Assembly: GCF_009914755.1 (NCBI RefSeq)
Contig: NC_060937.1
DNA length: 64,000 nt
From: the human T2T-CHM13v2.0 reference genome, Homo sapiens
Direction: 5' to 3' (one strand)
Shown: positions 46,232 to 58,754 of the stretch, piece by piece
Position numbering within the stretch: position 1 is the first letter of the stretch
How the letters are laid out: each line of letters begins with the position of its first letter
Program-made: the position numbers and the translations under genes
Notes under the pieces: generated by a model
What the model saw: the letters and a program-made list of their open reading frames with translations, nothing else
Database searches by the model: none
What the model was told of the DNA's origin: nothing

Positions 46232-48913
46232 GAAGAGAACCATCTTAAAGAGAAAAAAGAGCTGTTTTTATTTTTTGTTTTTAGAAGGCCACGTTCATTT
46301 TTTCAGAGGCACTTGGTCTTTTTAGTGCTAAGGAAATAATACTCAAGGATTTTTAAAAACTGTTACACAACAGCTTCTTCTTAAAGGCTGAATCACAGGC
46401 ACTTTAGAAAACTTCTTAGTGGAGGAGGCTCCACTGATATGTACTCAATACTTACACTCAACAGGAGGGATATATTTCGATTTTGAGTTTGACAGGCACA
46501 CACTGATCTCATTTAAGTCCTTACCCAGCTGGAGCTCAGGAATTCCAGTGCGCTTTCCACAAGAACTTCCTCATGTCTTGTCGTGCCGAACAGTGGGGCA
46601 TGACCCAGGCCCTGTTTCTGCAAGGAAAGAGAAGTGGCTCCCAAGAACTGTAGTGGCCTCTTGGTATAAATTGTTTTCCTAAAGGCCCACAGTACAGGGC
46701 AAGAGTTTTCTTGGCAACCCAAATTAGAAATAAAAAAAAAAAAAAGCTGATTTGTTCACATCATCAAATAATGGCCCAGAGGCTGTGGAGTAGATGTCCA
46801 ATTTCAAAGGCCTTGCCCTTCCTCTGGGCCAGAGGCCTTTCATCACAGCTAGGAAATTACCTCCCTAACATGCATGCTGCGCCTGCCTCCATAACCCAGA
46901 GGTCAGAAAGGCAGAGCACTTCTATAAGATGGAGGCAAAAATACAAATGGAAAACTGGGTGTCTCTGCAAAAACAAGACTAAGGAGAACCAAGGCACTGC
47001 CATCCAAACCCAACACCGCCTTCAGTGAGTGCTCTCAGGAGGCCTGACAGCAGAATATATGCCCAAGGCAAGAATGTCACCCAAGGTTCCCATATCTCCT
47101 GCCCTCACGTTGTGTCCCAGGTCTGGGTTCTCTGCTTGAGTAATGCTCCAAGCTGCAAATGCCCCCAGCCAATTCTATCTCCTCAACCCATCACAGGCCC
47201 TCTGTCTAAGGACCTTCCTACCAGTGGGGGTTAGGAGGAAAGCATGGGAATGAAAGAATTTGGACCAAGGGGTGCATGATGGTAGCCCGTCAGGGCAACT
47301 TGTAGTTGAAAAGAGAAGCCCCTTTTGCAGGGAAACACCACTGTACAGATAGACTTCAGATGCTGCGGGGCACGGCGCCAGGCCAGCTGTGTGGAGCTGC
47401 ATTCCAGCCAAGTGACTGAATATCTGCTTTCATGCGGTTTTGTGGAGCTGCTACAATCTTCCACCTCTGCAGAGTATACCCGTTTCTTCCAGTCACCACG
47501 AAAGGTCATGCAAAAAGAGATTCTTCAGTTCTGGCACTACATATTTAATATCAAATCTTTGTACTTGAGCCTGCAATGGATGGACATGCATATTCTATCA
47601 GCCTTGAAAATAGCTGTTCCAACACTGGAGCCCTGAAGGAAACTTTTCAGTTAAATATTCTCTCTTTGCCAACTGCCAAATAGACAATTTTATTATTCAA
47701 CCCATGGATCCATTAACTCAACCCTGGCCTTCCCCAGTAGCCCCTGTCATCTGCTCTTCTTTTGTGTGTAACACCCTTGATCTGAGCATCCGCTTGTTGC
47801 AGAGGCCCTTGGATTCCCCAGCAGCCTCAGGCTCTGTAGGAGCCACCCCTAGGAGGCAAGTCAATCAGGCTGCTTCCCCAGCTTTGCTATTTGATTTCTG
47901 TTGGGGCTGCAAGTGTTCCTTTCTAGGCCATTTTTAGGCCTGAATTTCATATGGGCCATAAAATCTTTTGTAAAAGGAAATGGATCAGCTAGCTTTGTCG
48001 AGACTCACTCTATTTCTGGAGTCCTGATGATGAAAGACTTAATTAGTGCTGGAGTAAACAAACGGTCAGTCTCGTTAAATTAGCAGCAGTATTTATTAAT
48101 ATAAACACATTGCACTTGAAAAATCCAACTTTAATGTCCCCTCTGAGTAAATATACTTATTTTTCTTCAAGTTTCAATCAGTAAGGCTTCATGTACAGCC
48201 ATGATGTCATGAGACCAATTACACAGAGTACTCTTGACAGGCTCATGATTTTCTTGCCGTATTCTGGCCTGCGTAAGGAGCAAACTTGCTTTAGGATGTT
48301 CAGAGAGACACTGTTCTCTTCCATTTCCAGGTCAAACCCCAGCTACCATGACTTAATGCTTCAGAGCTGCATTTCATATTAATACATTCTTATATTCTGA
48401 AACTCCTCTGTGGTCACACTCACCATCTTTGGAGTCTGAATTTATTCACACACTCTGGTTGTTCCTTCAGGGAAGGAGCTAGCAGCCCCAAAGTACTTCC
48501 ACTGAAGCCTTTGGAAAAGAGGGAAGACTCCAAGTCTCTGGCACCTGCAGAAGAGGGGAATCTTGAGAAGTAGCTGACGCTCCGAGTTTACATGTCCCCT
48601 TGGTGAGATTTCTTACAGCAGAACATGACGTTCTTCCCACCCCCAGGATGCAAACCACTTTAAAAGAATGTTATACTTTGCTCTGCGTGGCCAAATACCA
48701 CAAACACCACTTGATTTTAAAATTATGTAGTCTTGGTATTCCAAAGCCAACGTGCACCACCATGCAAGAACAGATGCGGTCTCTGAAGGCAAAAGCCCCA
48801 GGCAGTGCTTAAGTCTCAAAAAAGAGTTGTCATGTCATCCTCAACTTGAGATGTTTGCTTGGCAAGCATTTTTTACTCTCTGGAGGAAATTTTGTTTACA
48901 GGATTTAACAGTT

Positions 48914-48920
48914 ACACACA

Positions 48921-48953
<33 letters not shown>
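48914..48953. repeat. (CA)n microsatellite
   Basis: Directly visible. Confidence 0.9.
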
Positions 48954-48956
<3 letters not shown>

Positions 48957-49616
48957 TACTCATTGTTCAGCTGCAGAACAAAGGTCAGCTCTTGGCACGC
49001 AGTAGTTTTCCAATTCCTGATCCTTTTTGATTTTCAATGTGCCCATCAGCAGACATGTAATTTTATCTTAAGACAGCCAAGTGCAAAGCATGAGACAATA
49101 GGCAGAAATCTTGTAAATAACTATCAAACAGAAATAATCCTTTCAGCTGACGAGGGAAAGCCTCCTTTGTTCCATTTTAATGATGTTTATATAAATTTTA
49201 GTATGCATATTCAGTCAGTAACATTATTTTAAGGCAGTTGATATAGGTGCCAAAATCCTCTGTGTACTGAGGAGATAGGTTATCTTTTGCATGTGTGGGG
49301 TTTTGGAGACAAAAGTTGCACTGAAGTGTGTGGCTCTTGTAAATTATCTCAATTTCCTGTTTGAGATAATGGAGCAGTGGATTTTCACATCCAATCCCTT
49401 TAAATCGTAGGTTTAATTCAGTTGAGACCCAGAAGTGATTAGCCCAAGTTTACACAGGCACTTAATAGCTGAGCAGGGTCACAGACAAATTCTACCTAAA
49501 GTTTGCAATTACTCCCCATGATAAGCTGGAGAATTGGAATTCCTTTCCATTACCTGTAGTACTTTTGCCATAGTAAGTCTTAGAACAAGAGTAAAGAAAA
49601 GGCAATAGGTTTTCAT

Positions 49617-49939
49617 GGCTGGGTGCAGGGGCTCATACTTGTAATCCCAGCACTTTGGGAGGTCAAGGTAGGAGGATTGCTTGAGGCTAGGAGTTTGAGA
49701 CCAGCCTCAGCAACATGGTGAAACCCCGTCCCTACCAAAAAAAAAAAAAAAAAAATTAGCTGGGCATGGTGGCATGAACCAGTAGTTCCACCTACTCAGG
49801 AGGTTAAGGCAGGAAGATCTCTTGACCCCACGAGGTTGAGGCTTCAGTGAGCTATGATTGTGCCACTGCATTCCAGCCTGAGTGACAGAGCAAGGCCCTA
49901 TCTCAAAAAAAAAAAAAAAAAAAGAAAAAGGAAAAAGAA
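49617..49939 (+). mobile_element. AluJ element with an expanded middle A-tract
   Basis: Dimeric Alu with ggaggattgcttgag, long A linker and tail. Confidence 0.9.
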
Positions 49940-51494
49940 CCTTATGATATAATCCTGACCAGAAATTGGACTTAAGTATTTTTCAAAGCCATTTATGTTA
50001 CTGGTTGGAAAAAAATGATAAAAGTGGACATTTTGTTTCTTAATAAGATTAAAAAGCTATGTACGATGTATTAAATATAAGTCGACATTTGATTATTCCT
50101 TAGATGCAATTCCAGAAACAAGTTGTCCAGGCAGGAGAGGCTGGCTTAGAATTTGTGGAGTATCTTACAATTGTGGTCATTGGAAACAAATCGAAATGCA
50201 GCAAATAAGCCACTATTCCTGTTGTTCCCCTTGTCTGTTTCTCCCAGCTTTATTCACTTAGAAACTTAATTTTGCCTGATCTGACAGGCACAAGAAGGAG
50301 CCAGGTGGAGGGAGGCTGGAAGCCTCCAAGGTTGGTCTTTCAGGAACAATGACAATGCTGTCTACTGAAAACCACTTCCAAACGGCTTTCAAAGCCCAGG
50401 AGTTTGTTTAGAGAAAATCTTGCTGGCATTGATGGATTTCTTCTCCTCTGACAGTTCACAGGAAAGAGTGTAGTATAAAGAATTAAGTGATTCATTCCAA
50501 ACATCTGATGGGTTCCCTTCAAGTACTCCCCCTCTGATCCACTTCTTATGGCTGTGCTGAGCCTCCCCATCTGTGATGAGGTCATTTTGTCGGGCACACA
50601 GAGGATTCTAGGGGGAATATGCATCATATACTGCAGCTATTCACGGCATTCATTCCTCCTGGCTGCTCATGGGTAACAATGAACCTTCTCAGCATTACAT
50701 GTGCTTACTAAGGAGACAGGGGTTAGATGCCTTTCAGTGGAACCCCCCGAGGCACACAATGCATTTATTATAATGTCTTGGCCCTAAGAAGGGCCTGGGA
50801 ACAGCTTGGAGTGGTCTATAATTAAGTACATTTAATAATAAATGCACATACTTCTTAGGTATTGCAAGAAGTGAAAATAAGCTCTTCGTCTTCTCAGTCT
50901 CAATTCCCTTTCCCCATCATCCTTCCCCTTCACAAATCAGAAAAGCCAGGAGTACTGTGCTTTTTTAAAAATAGCAATTGCAGAGGATGTCTGGCTGGTC
51001 GAGAAAGGTAAATTAAATTACTTGAGAACATTCTTTCCATGTCAAAAAAAATGGCTTCTGCCTCCTCAGGTAGTTACGCATGGGGAGGATTTGCTAAAGG
51101 TTGGCTGTTCCTTTAATCTCCCTTGGATTCCACTTCCAAAGGCTTTCAGGGGCAGTGACCCGCTAGCTAAGGGGCATCCCTTGGGGTTAAGCTGCCACTT
51201 GGAAGGGCACTTCCTCAGATTGCTGCTGTGCCTAGCAAGGAAGCAGCAGTTAGAAGTGTTCCCCCGACAGTGTCCCATGTCCTCGGTCCCCACACCTCTG
51301 AGTGCTCGAATATGGGCAGATAGATAGACTTTCTGAGGAAAGGGAGAGGAAGAGAGCCCTGTGAATGTGGACAGGGTACAAGAAGAGAAGTCACACTGGA
51401 AGGAAGAGAAAAAGGCAGCAGGAGTGTGACATGTACATTTGTGAGATGCAGCAAGGGGCGTGGGACTGCGAGGGACGCAAAGGCATTAAGGGGC

Positions 51495-51810
51495 CTGGAG
51501 GCTGGAGGCCCAGCTTTGCCCCTGCCTGGCTGTGAGTGTGGCCTATTTTCTTGAACTTCTCTAAGCCTCAGTTTCTTTACTTGTAAAATGAGGATGTTAA
51601 TGGTACCATGAATAGTTAGTGAAAGGTCTAGTAACAGGAATCTTGGGAAAGTGACTTAAATTCTCTGAGCCTCACTTTCTTTATCATCTGCAAAATAAGG
51701 TAAAAAATACCCCTGTTACATGCATTGTTGTAAGGATGAATGAAATAATGTATGCAATCACTTAGCATATACCTGGTTCACAGTAAATCATCAGTAAATG
51801 CTAGCTGCTG
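51495..51810 (+). mobile_element. Tandem MIR fragments just past the VWA8 poly(A) site
   Basis: ctctaagcctcagtttctttacttgtaaaatgagg; ctctgagcctcactttc...gtaaggatgaatgaaataatgtatg. Confidence 0.75.
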
Positions 51811-51955
51811 TTGTGGCGACCGTTGGAATGCAATTACATTTTTAAAGATACATGTTGGATTGAAATTGTTTGCATCATTGAATGGTTCAATACATGGAGC
51901 AGGTGTCTCACTAGAGGAACAAGAAAGCCATGCAAACTCACCAGGTAGTACCACG

Positions 51956-53317
51956 TTGGAAATCAGATTGCTTTTATTTATTTATTTGATAGTTAATGAT
52001 AGGGAGAGGGGTGATAGAACAAATGGGTATTATCTTTTCTTCTTTCCTATAATTAATTAAAATGAAATTATGGACCTGTACAATTTCAATAGATATGGAT
52101 GGATAGGATAATATTATTAATAATAGTTTTTCCAACTTAAGACCAGTTTTTTCAACTCACTGGTGCCCTAACGTTTCTGATTTTGCTATCAATCGTGAAG
52201 AGGAGTTTTTAAATTATATGGTTAAAGAGAGAATGACTTTTGCTGAAGCATCTTATTTTAAACAAAGTAATATTGAGCTTATTGATAAAATAAAGGTCAG
52301 CCCAAGAGTGTGTGGGAATAAGGTACATTTTGAAAGAAAAGAGAATGAGGCTTTAAAAAAAGTTGTTTTCTTTCTTTTTGTTACAGCTAAAAATTTCCAA
52401 TCACCATTCACTTCAAATATACCACCTTGATTTTACTTTTTTTACTTTGCTTTAGGTAATTTTTATATGAATATTCTCAATAAATAATTTTCGTGTAAGC
52501 ATTTATTATTTTGAGCATTACAGTTTGGACCCCAAAATGGAGTACTGTGAATTTTTTGAGAGATGCTAGAAGAACAGAAGAAACAGTAAACTTTTAAGGC
52601 AAGACATCTTTCTCCTCCCACTCTAGCAGCAAGGAGAAGAGGACATTTGCTCTTTAAGAGCCTTTTAAAAGTCACGTGGAAAGGCAAGCACTCCAAGGAT
52701 TTTTTGATTCCTTTTGGCTTTGGCCAAGAAAATGAAATTATTGAGAACAGCCAGCCTTTCATAAGATATTGCTGTTGGAGGGACTTTTTGGTGGGTTAAA
52801 TATTATAAAATCATTGTTTTCTGGTCAATACAGAGCAGGGAGAAAATAAAAATAATTGTTGGATAGGAGCATTTTGGTGGGTTTTGCACAGACTTGCATC
52901 TTGTGTCAGAATGTGACATCAAAGGCTCAGTTTGATGGGGTCACTTTTCTAACGTGACCAGATGATGTGTTAAGGCAAAAGCAAAGTATTTTCTCCCCCT
53001 CAGGTTTTTGGAAATAGACCAAACACATAGTTCTCAAAACCACCTTCCTTTAACCCCAACCTTTGATAAAGTGCAGGTCAACTAGCTTGCCCTAATCACT
53101 TCTAAACTCATCAGTGGAGTATCTTTCCATGTTTAAGTCTCCTTCTGGCTGCTTCTCTGAATTCTCATTACGGAGCAAGTGTAGGAAGACCCAGGAATGC
53201 CGGAATCATCCAGTCACTGCATGGGTTCACTTCATCCATATCTTCTTTTTTTCAGAATACTCTTTATTCCTGTCTTATTTCAAATCCTGGTGTCATCAGG
53301 GTGATGAAGGGCACTTC
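51956..53317 (-). other. VWA8: VWA8 3' UTR (end position approximate)
   Basis: AT-rich sequence with no repeat I recognise, running from the stop codon to a cluster of overlapping AATAAA hexamers. Confidence 0.75.
51973..51986 (-). terminator. Polyadenylation signal cluster (three overlapping AATAAA)
   Basis: The plus strand reads tttatttatttatt at 51973-51986, giving AATAAA x3 on the minus strand. Further AATAAA occur at 52502-52507 and 53263-53268. Confidence 0.7.
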
Positions 53318-53426
53318 TTAGACACTCGACAACATGGTGGAGGTGAAGATCTGTTGTAAAATCTGAGGGATATCCTTGGTATCCATGGCAACGAAAGACC
53401 GACCAGCTGGTAAAGTTCTCTGAAGC
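53318..53426 (-). CDS. VWA8: VWA8 terminal coding exon (LQRTLPAGRSFVAMDTKDIPQILQQIFTSTMLSSV*)
   Basis: Acceptor tttccctttccatcctggcAG|G CTT CAG AGA. The first G completes the AG-G Arg codon split by the previous phase-2 donor. TAA stop at 53320-53318. Confidence 0.95.
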
Positions 53427-53496
53427 CTGCCAGGATGGAAAGGGAAAGGAAGTTACCACTGTAAATGGGGCTCCCTTCCACCTCCTGCCCTGGCAA
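53427..53496 (-). ncRNA. MIR5006: MIR5006 hairpin (5'-tailed mirtron-like)
   Basis: The minus-strand 5p arm TTGCCAGGGCAGGAGGTGGAA (53496-53476) pairs with the 3p arm TTTCCCTTTCCATCCTGGCAG (53447-53427), which ends at the acceptor AG. Both match miR-5006-5p/3p as recalled. Confidence 0.85.
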
Positions 53497-55589
53497 ACCA
53501 CAGCCCCCTAATGGTTTCTTAGGAAAGGAAGTTTTTACTTTCTAATACCTTGCTCTCTGCCTACCATTGAATTAGTCGTCATTAAACAATGAAAGGCTTG
53601 GAAGAGCAACAAGGAAAGACACAGCAAAAGCAGGGAACTGAAAGAAAGGTCTTTTCAGTGAGAAAGTCAGTGAATTTGAAAAGAAAAAATTTTCTTCCTT
53701 TCTTTACTGCCATTTCTTGGTATTTCATATTCTTTTGGTATAACAGAGCCATAGGGATTCATATGGAATCAGCTCACCTCCCGGGTCTAGCAAATATGTT
53801 GACCTTACACTGTATTTCGAAGTGCTTTTCCTTCCTTAGAAAACAGGCCTCTAAAAACGCTGCGCAGCCAAACCCTGAGTGGTTCTTTCTCTCTTTCTTT
53901 GCCTCTCTCTCTTTTTTTTGGTCCACATCACACAATGTGAAATGCGATCTGGATTGTCCAATTACTGCTTCAATGACACTGAGGTTATACAGGCTTATGA
54001 AATTTTTTCCAACTCATTTTTAAGTGAATTTTAAAAAACTTATAATGGGTTTTGATTTGAATTATCCTTAAAAATAACATGTCATTGAAGTTACGATACT
54101 TTTTTAAATACTAATTTATAATTTGGAACAAAAGGCCATTTTGAAGGCAACAAAACTGTAAGACACAGTTCTCTTCAAAAGAACGCCTCCTTTCACTGTG
54201 CCAGTGAAGTCTGGCTTTGGAATGACATTTAATAAAATTCAACCATCCTGTGTAGTATCGTATATTTGGCATGCCTGGTAAGCCAGCTAATTCTGCAACA
54301 TATCTTTTGCCAGTGGATGTTGGACCATTTCCCTAGGAAACCACAAGGGTATTATTGTGCTTTCTTAAGTATTCAAACAGGATCTGTTCACTAGAAAGAC
54401 AAAATAGCCATTTCATCTCAACTAGTATTTGTTGAGCTTGTTGTCTGCCTAATACTGGGCTGATGCTGAGGAAAACCTGGGTGGAAAAGGCATAGTTTGT
54501 GTTTGAGGATGTGGAGGTTCTAAAAGATGCAAAGTGCTAACTTGTAAAAACTAAGAAGAATGAAAAGTCATGTCATAAAATGACTGTAACTACATGATAT
54601 TAAGTCTGTTCTCAACCTCGCTCTGCAACCTTACAGCAAGGCAAAGGGAATAGAAAGAGAAAAAGCTGCTAGCATTTTGGATATTAAAACATTTCCAGTC
54701 ACAGAGTATGAAAAGTAAAAGGGGTGGAATAACAAAAACGTAGGCCCTTTGTGCTTTAGGCAGGGATTTTTTTTTTTTTTTTTTAAGATTACTTTCACTG
54801 GTGTTTTATGTTTCTTACAGGTATTTTAAACACAGAAAAACCATGAGCTCTTTCTGTTTGTAATTCAAAAAGATAAATGTTATTGTGTTCAAGTTATGAA
54901 AGTGTTTCCAGATCTCTCCTTTCAGATCATACCCACTGGTATTTATTGTCTGATCATAAGATTCTCTATTGAATATTTAGTATATTCAGTGTAGTATCTA
55001 ACTATATGTATATTATCTTATGTTGTCGCCAAGTGTTTCACCTGCCTTGTCTCTCCAGCAATAAGAAGGGATACATGTGAGTGTGTCTATATATATATAC
55101 AGGCATGCATATATGTAGGTGATGTCTCTATGGGGATATAATACATATGTGTGTATATATATGTCTAATATGTACAGACATTCATACACACACACTATCT
55201 CCTATGCTAGGAAAATAGTAGATGTTCACGATTTTTAATATGATTTGAACACAAAATGATTAGCCTGAGCTTAGGAGCTTGACATAAAGTGCCAAATGTA
55301 TAAAATACTACCCGGTTTATTAGTGACAAATCAATTTGTCAATGATTTATTAGTGGCTTAAATATAAACTAAAAAATAATTAATTTAAAATTATTATTGT
55401 TCATCTAAACAAAAGCTAGAACATATCCCCTCAACTAGATTATAAACCCCTTGAGGCTAGTAACTTTAGTTTCTGTTTTTCCTCCATCTGCCTCACTGTC
55501 CCTCATGGTGCTAAGCCTATAAAACAGCATGTGTTAGCTACTCAGTATCTCTGTACCTGCCCTTTTCTGTATGCTCAGATGACACTTAC

Positions 55590-55828
55590 CTGGTTGCTTG
55601 ATCACCTAAAGAGCCAATAAAAATGGCAAAAGCATTTACTTGAGGGTCTCTTGTGAGGATTTGAGCAAACTTAGCAGGATGTATTCCATATCGTGACAGA
55701 TTTGCATCACTCAAGACTATGACAAAGTACTCATCAGCTTCTTCTTTGACAATTTCCTTGATGGCATGTTCTGTCCCTTCTAACGTGTGGTCCCCACTCA
55801 TGCAGAACTGAGAGTGGGCATGCATTGT
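55590..55828 (-). CDS. VWA8: VWA8 penultimate coding exon (TMHAHSQFCMSGDHTLEG...VIVLSDANLSRYGI...IGSLGDQAT-R)
   Basis: Acceptor ttttacctccAG|ACAATG, donor ACCAG|GTAAGT, 239 nt (79 codons + 2 nt). It forms the 3' part of ORF 55586..55939. It contains VWA MIDAS-type T (SGDHT) and D (VIVLSD) segments. Confidence 0.95.
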
Positions 55829-56393
55829 CTGGAGGTAAAAGAAGTTGCACAAAAGCCATGGCTGAGAAACTTCTTTTTTAACAAATACGATTATTTTTCT
55901 ATTGACCATGAGCATGCATACATACCAATTATTACCCATGAGTAGTACATTCTAAGTTAGTTCTATTTAATTTGCATATTTGAGTGACAACAGTATACAG
56001 TGATATTTGTTATCTGGCATAGAATTTCATTAGATATAGGATATCATTCCAAAATTATCACAGTGGGCACTTAGTTTTAAGTGGAAGCTTGCACTTCCAC
56101 TTAAAGTGAGAAAATATAAGAAAATATAAAACTTGGTATCACATTGGAGGATGCAGATGACACAGGAGGAAAATAAGGAATGAGTTGAGTTTCCAATAAA
56201 CAAAGGTATAATACTAAAAACATTGTACTCACGTCAATAACGATGGAGGAAAGTGACTTAAAATTGTGATGTGCATTTTTCTGTTGCAGGCTTAAGTGTG
56301 TGAAATGAATTACACATAAAATTGGGGACAGGGAGCACTCTAAAAGCGGTCATTCTGCTTACCAATGATATGATTGTATATCTAGAAAACCCT

Positions 56394-57943
56394 GTCCCTC
56401 TCCCGTCTCCCTCTCCCGTCTCCCTCTCCCTCCTCCCTCTCCCTCTCCCGTCTCCCTCTCCCTCTCCCGTCTCCCTCTCCCTCTCCCCGGTCTCCCTCTG
56501 ATGCCACCAAAGTTGTCAAAGCCGAGGCTGGACTGTACTGCCGCCATCTCGGCTCACTGCAACCTCCCTGCCTGATTCTCCTGCCTCAGCCTGCAGAGTG
56601 CCTGGGATTGCAGGTGCCCGCCGCCACACCTGACTGGTTTTTGCATTTTTTGGTGGAGACGGGGTTTCGCCGTGTTGGCCGGGCTGGTCTCCAGCTCCTG
56701 ACTGCGAGTGATCTACCTGCCTCCGCCTCCCGAGGTGCCGGGATTGCAGACGGAGTCTCGCTCACTCAGTGCTCAACATTGCCCAGGCTGGAGTGCAGTG
56801 GCGTGATCTCGGCTCGCTGCAACCTCCACCTCCCAGCCGCCTGCCTTGGCCTCCCAAAGTGCCGAGATTGCAGCCTCTACCCGGCCGCCACCCCGTCTGG
56901 GAAGTGAGGAGCGTCTCTGCCTGGCCGCCCATCGTCTGGGATGTGAGGAGCCCCTCCGACTGGCCGCCCAGTCTGGGAAGTGAGGGGCGCCTCTTCCCGG
57001 CCGCCATCCTGTCTAGGAAGTGAGGAGTGTCTCTGCCCGGCCGCCCATCGTCTGAGATGTGAGGAGCCCCTCTGACCGGCCGCCCAGTCTGGGATGTGAG
57101 GAATGCCTCTGCCCGGTGGCGACCCCGTCTGGGAATTGAGGAGTGTCTCTGCCCGACCACCACCCCATCTGGGAGGTGAGGAGTGTCTCTGATCGGCTGC
57201 CCCGTCTGAGCAGTGAGGAGCCCCTCCGCCCGGCAGCTGCCCGTCTGCGAAGTGAGGAGCCCCTCCGCCTGGCAGCCGCCCCGTCCGGGAGGGAGGTGGG
57301 GGGTCAGCCCCCGCCCCGCCAGCCGCCCCGTCTGGGAGGGAGGTGGGGGGCGCCTCTGCCCGGCTGCCCCGTCTGGGAAGTGAGGAGCCCCTCTGCCAGG
57401 CTGCCACCCCGTCTGGGAGGTGTACCCAACAGCTCATTGAGAATGGGCCATGATGACGATGGCGGCTTTGTCGAATAGAAAAGGGGGAAATGTGGGGAAA
57501 AGAGATCAGATTGTTACTGTGTTGGTGTAGAAAGAAGTAGACATGGGAGACTCCATTTTGTTCTGTATTAAGAAAAATTCTTCTGCCTTGGGATGCTGTT
57601 AATCTATAACCTTACCCCCAACCCCATGATCTCTGAAACATGTGCTGTGTCCACCCAGGGTTAAATGGATTAAGGGCGGTGCAAGATGTGCTTTGTTAAA
57701 CAGATGCTTGAAGGCAGCATGCTCCTTAAGAGTCATCACCACTCCCTAATCTCAAGTACCCAGGGACACAAACACTGAGGAAGGCCGCAGGGTCCTCTGT
57801 CTAGGAAAACCAGAGACCCTTGTTCACATGTTTATCTGCTGACCTTCCCTCCACTATTGTCCTATGACCCTGCCAAATCCCCCTCTCCGAGAAACACCCA
57901 AGAATGATCAATAAATACTAAAAAAAAAAAAAAAAAAAAAAAA
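56394..57943 (+). mobile_element. Full-length SVA (older subfamily, likely SVA_B), antisense to VWA8
   Basis: CCCTCT-type hexamers 56394-56490, Alu-like domain to ~56870, GC-rich VNTR (gtgaggagcccctctgcccggccgcc) to ~57420, SINE-R, AATAAA at 57910 and poly(A) 57920-57943. Confidence 0.95.
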
Positions 57944-57949
57944 GAAACA

Positions 57950-58249
57950 GGCCGGGCGCGGTGGCTCACGTCTGTGGTCCCAGCACTTTGGGAGGCCGAG
58001 GCTGGCAGATCACAAGGTCGGGAGTTCGAGACCGGCCTGGCCGGCATGGTGGAACCCTGTCTCTACTAAAAATACAAAAAATTAGCTGGGTATGGTGACA
58101 TGCGCCTGTGATCTCAGCTGCTCGGAGGGCTGGGACAGGAGAGTCGCTTGGGTGTGGGAGGCGCAGGTTGTAGTGAGCTGAGAATGTACCACTGCACTCC
58201 AGCCTGGGCGACAGAGCAAGACACCGTTTCAAAAAAAAAAAAAAAAAAA
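57950..58249 (+). mobile_element. AluS-type element with excess A>G changes
   Basis: GGCCGGGCGCGGTGG start, dimeric body, A-tail, flanked by aaaagaaaca. Confidence 0.9.
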
Positions 58250-58255
58250 GAAACA

Positions 58256-58551
58256 AGCCAGGCACGGTGGCTGACGCCTGTAGACCCAGCACTTTGAGGT
58301 GGGCAGATCACCTGAGATTGGGAGCTCAAGACCAGCCTGGCCAACATAATGAAGCCCCATCTCTACTAAAGATACAAAACAAAACAAAAATTGGCCGGGC
58401 ATGGTGGTGCGTGCCTGTGGTACCAGCTACTTGGGAGGCTGAGGCAGGAGACTGGCTTGAACCCGGGAGGAGGAGGTCGTAGCGGGCCGAGATTGTGCCA
58501 CTGCACTCTAGCCTGAGCAACGGAGCAAGACTCCATCTCAAAACAAACAAA
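58256..58551 (+). mobile_element. AluS-type element
   Basis: Dimeric Alu with A-rich linker and tail. Confidence 0.9.
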
Positions 58552-58608
58552 GAATAAGACCTAGTGTTAGCTAGCACAACAGGGTGGCTATAGTTTAAAA
58601 AAAAAAAA

Positions 58609-58754
58609 ATATATATATATATATATATACCTCTCTCTATATATACGTGTATATATATATACGTATATATAAAATATATACACGTATATATATGTATATA
58701 TATAAAATATATATACACCTCTATATATACGCATATATATGGTGTGTGTGTGTG
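58609..58754. repeat. (TA)n/(TG)n compound microsatellite
   Basis: Directly visible. Confidence 0.9.

Noticed and set aside
55829-55939. N-terminal part of ORF 55586..55939 (MGNNWYVC...)
   Set aside because: It is intronic read-through upstream of the acceptor AG at 55830-55829. Only 55590-55828 is exon.
56500-56870. A>G-like differences from Alu in the SVA Alu-like domain
   Set aside because: As recalled, these belong to the SVA consensus itself, so they are not specific to this copy.
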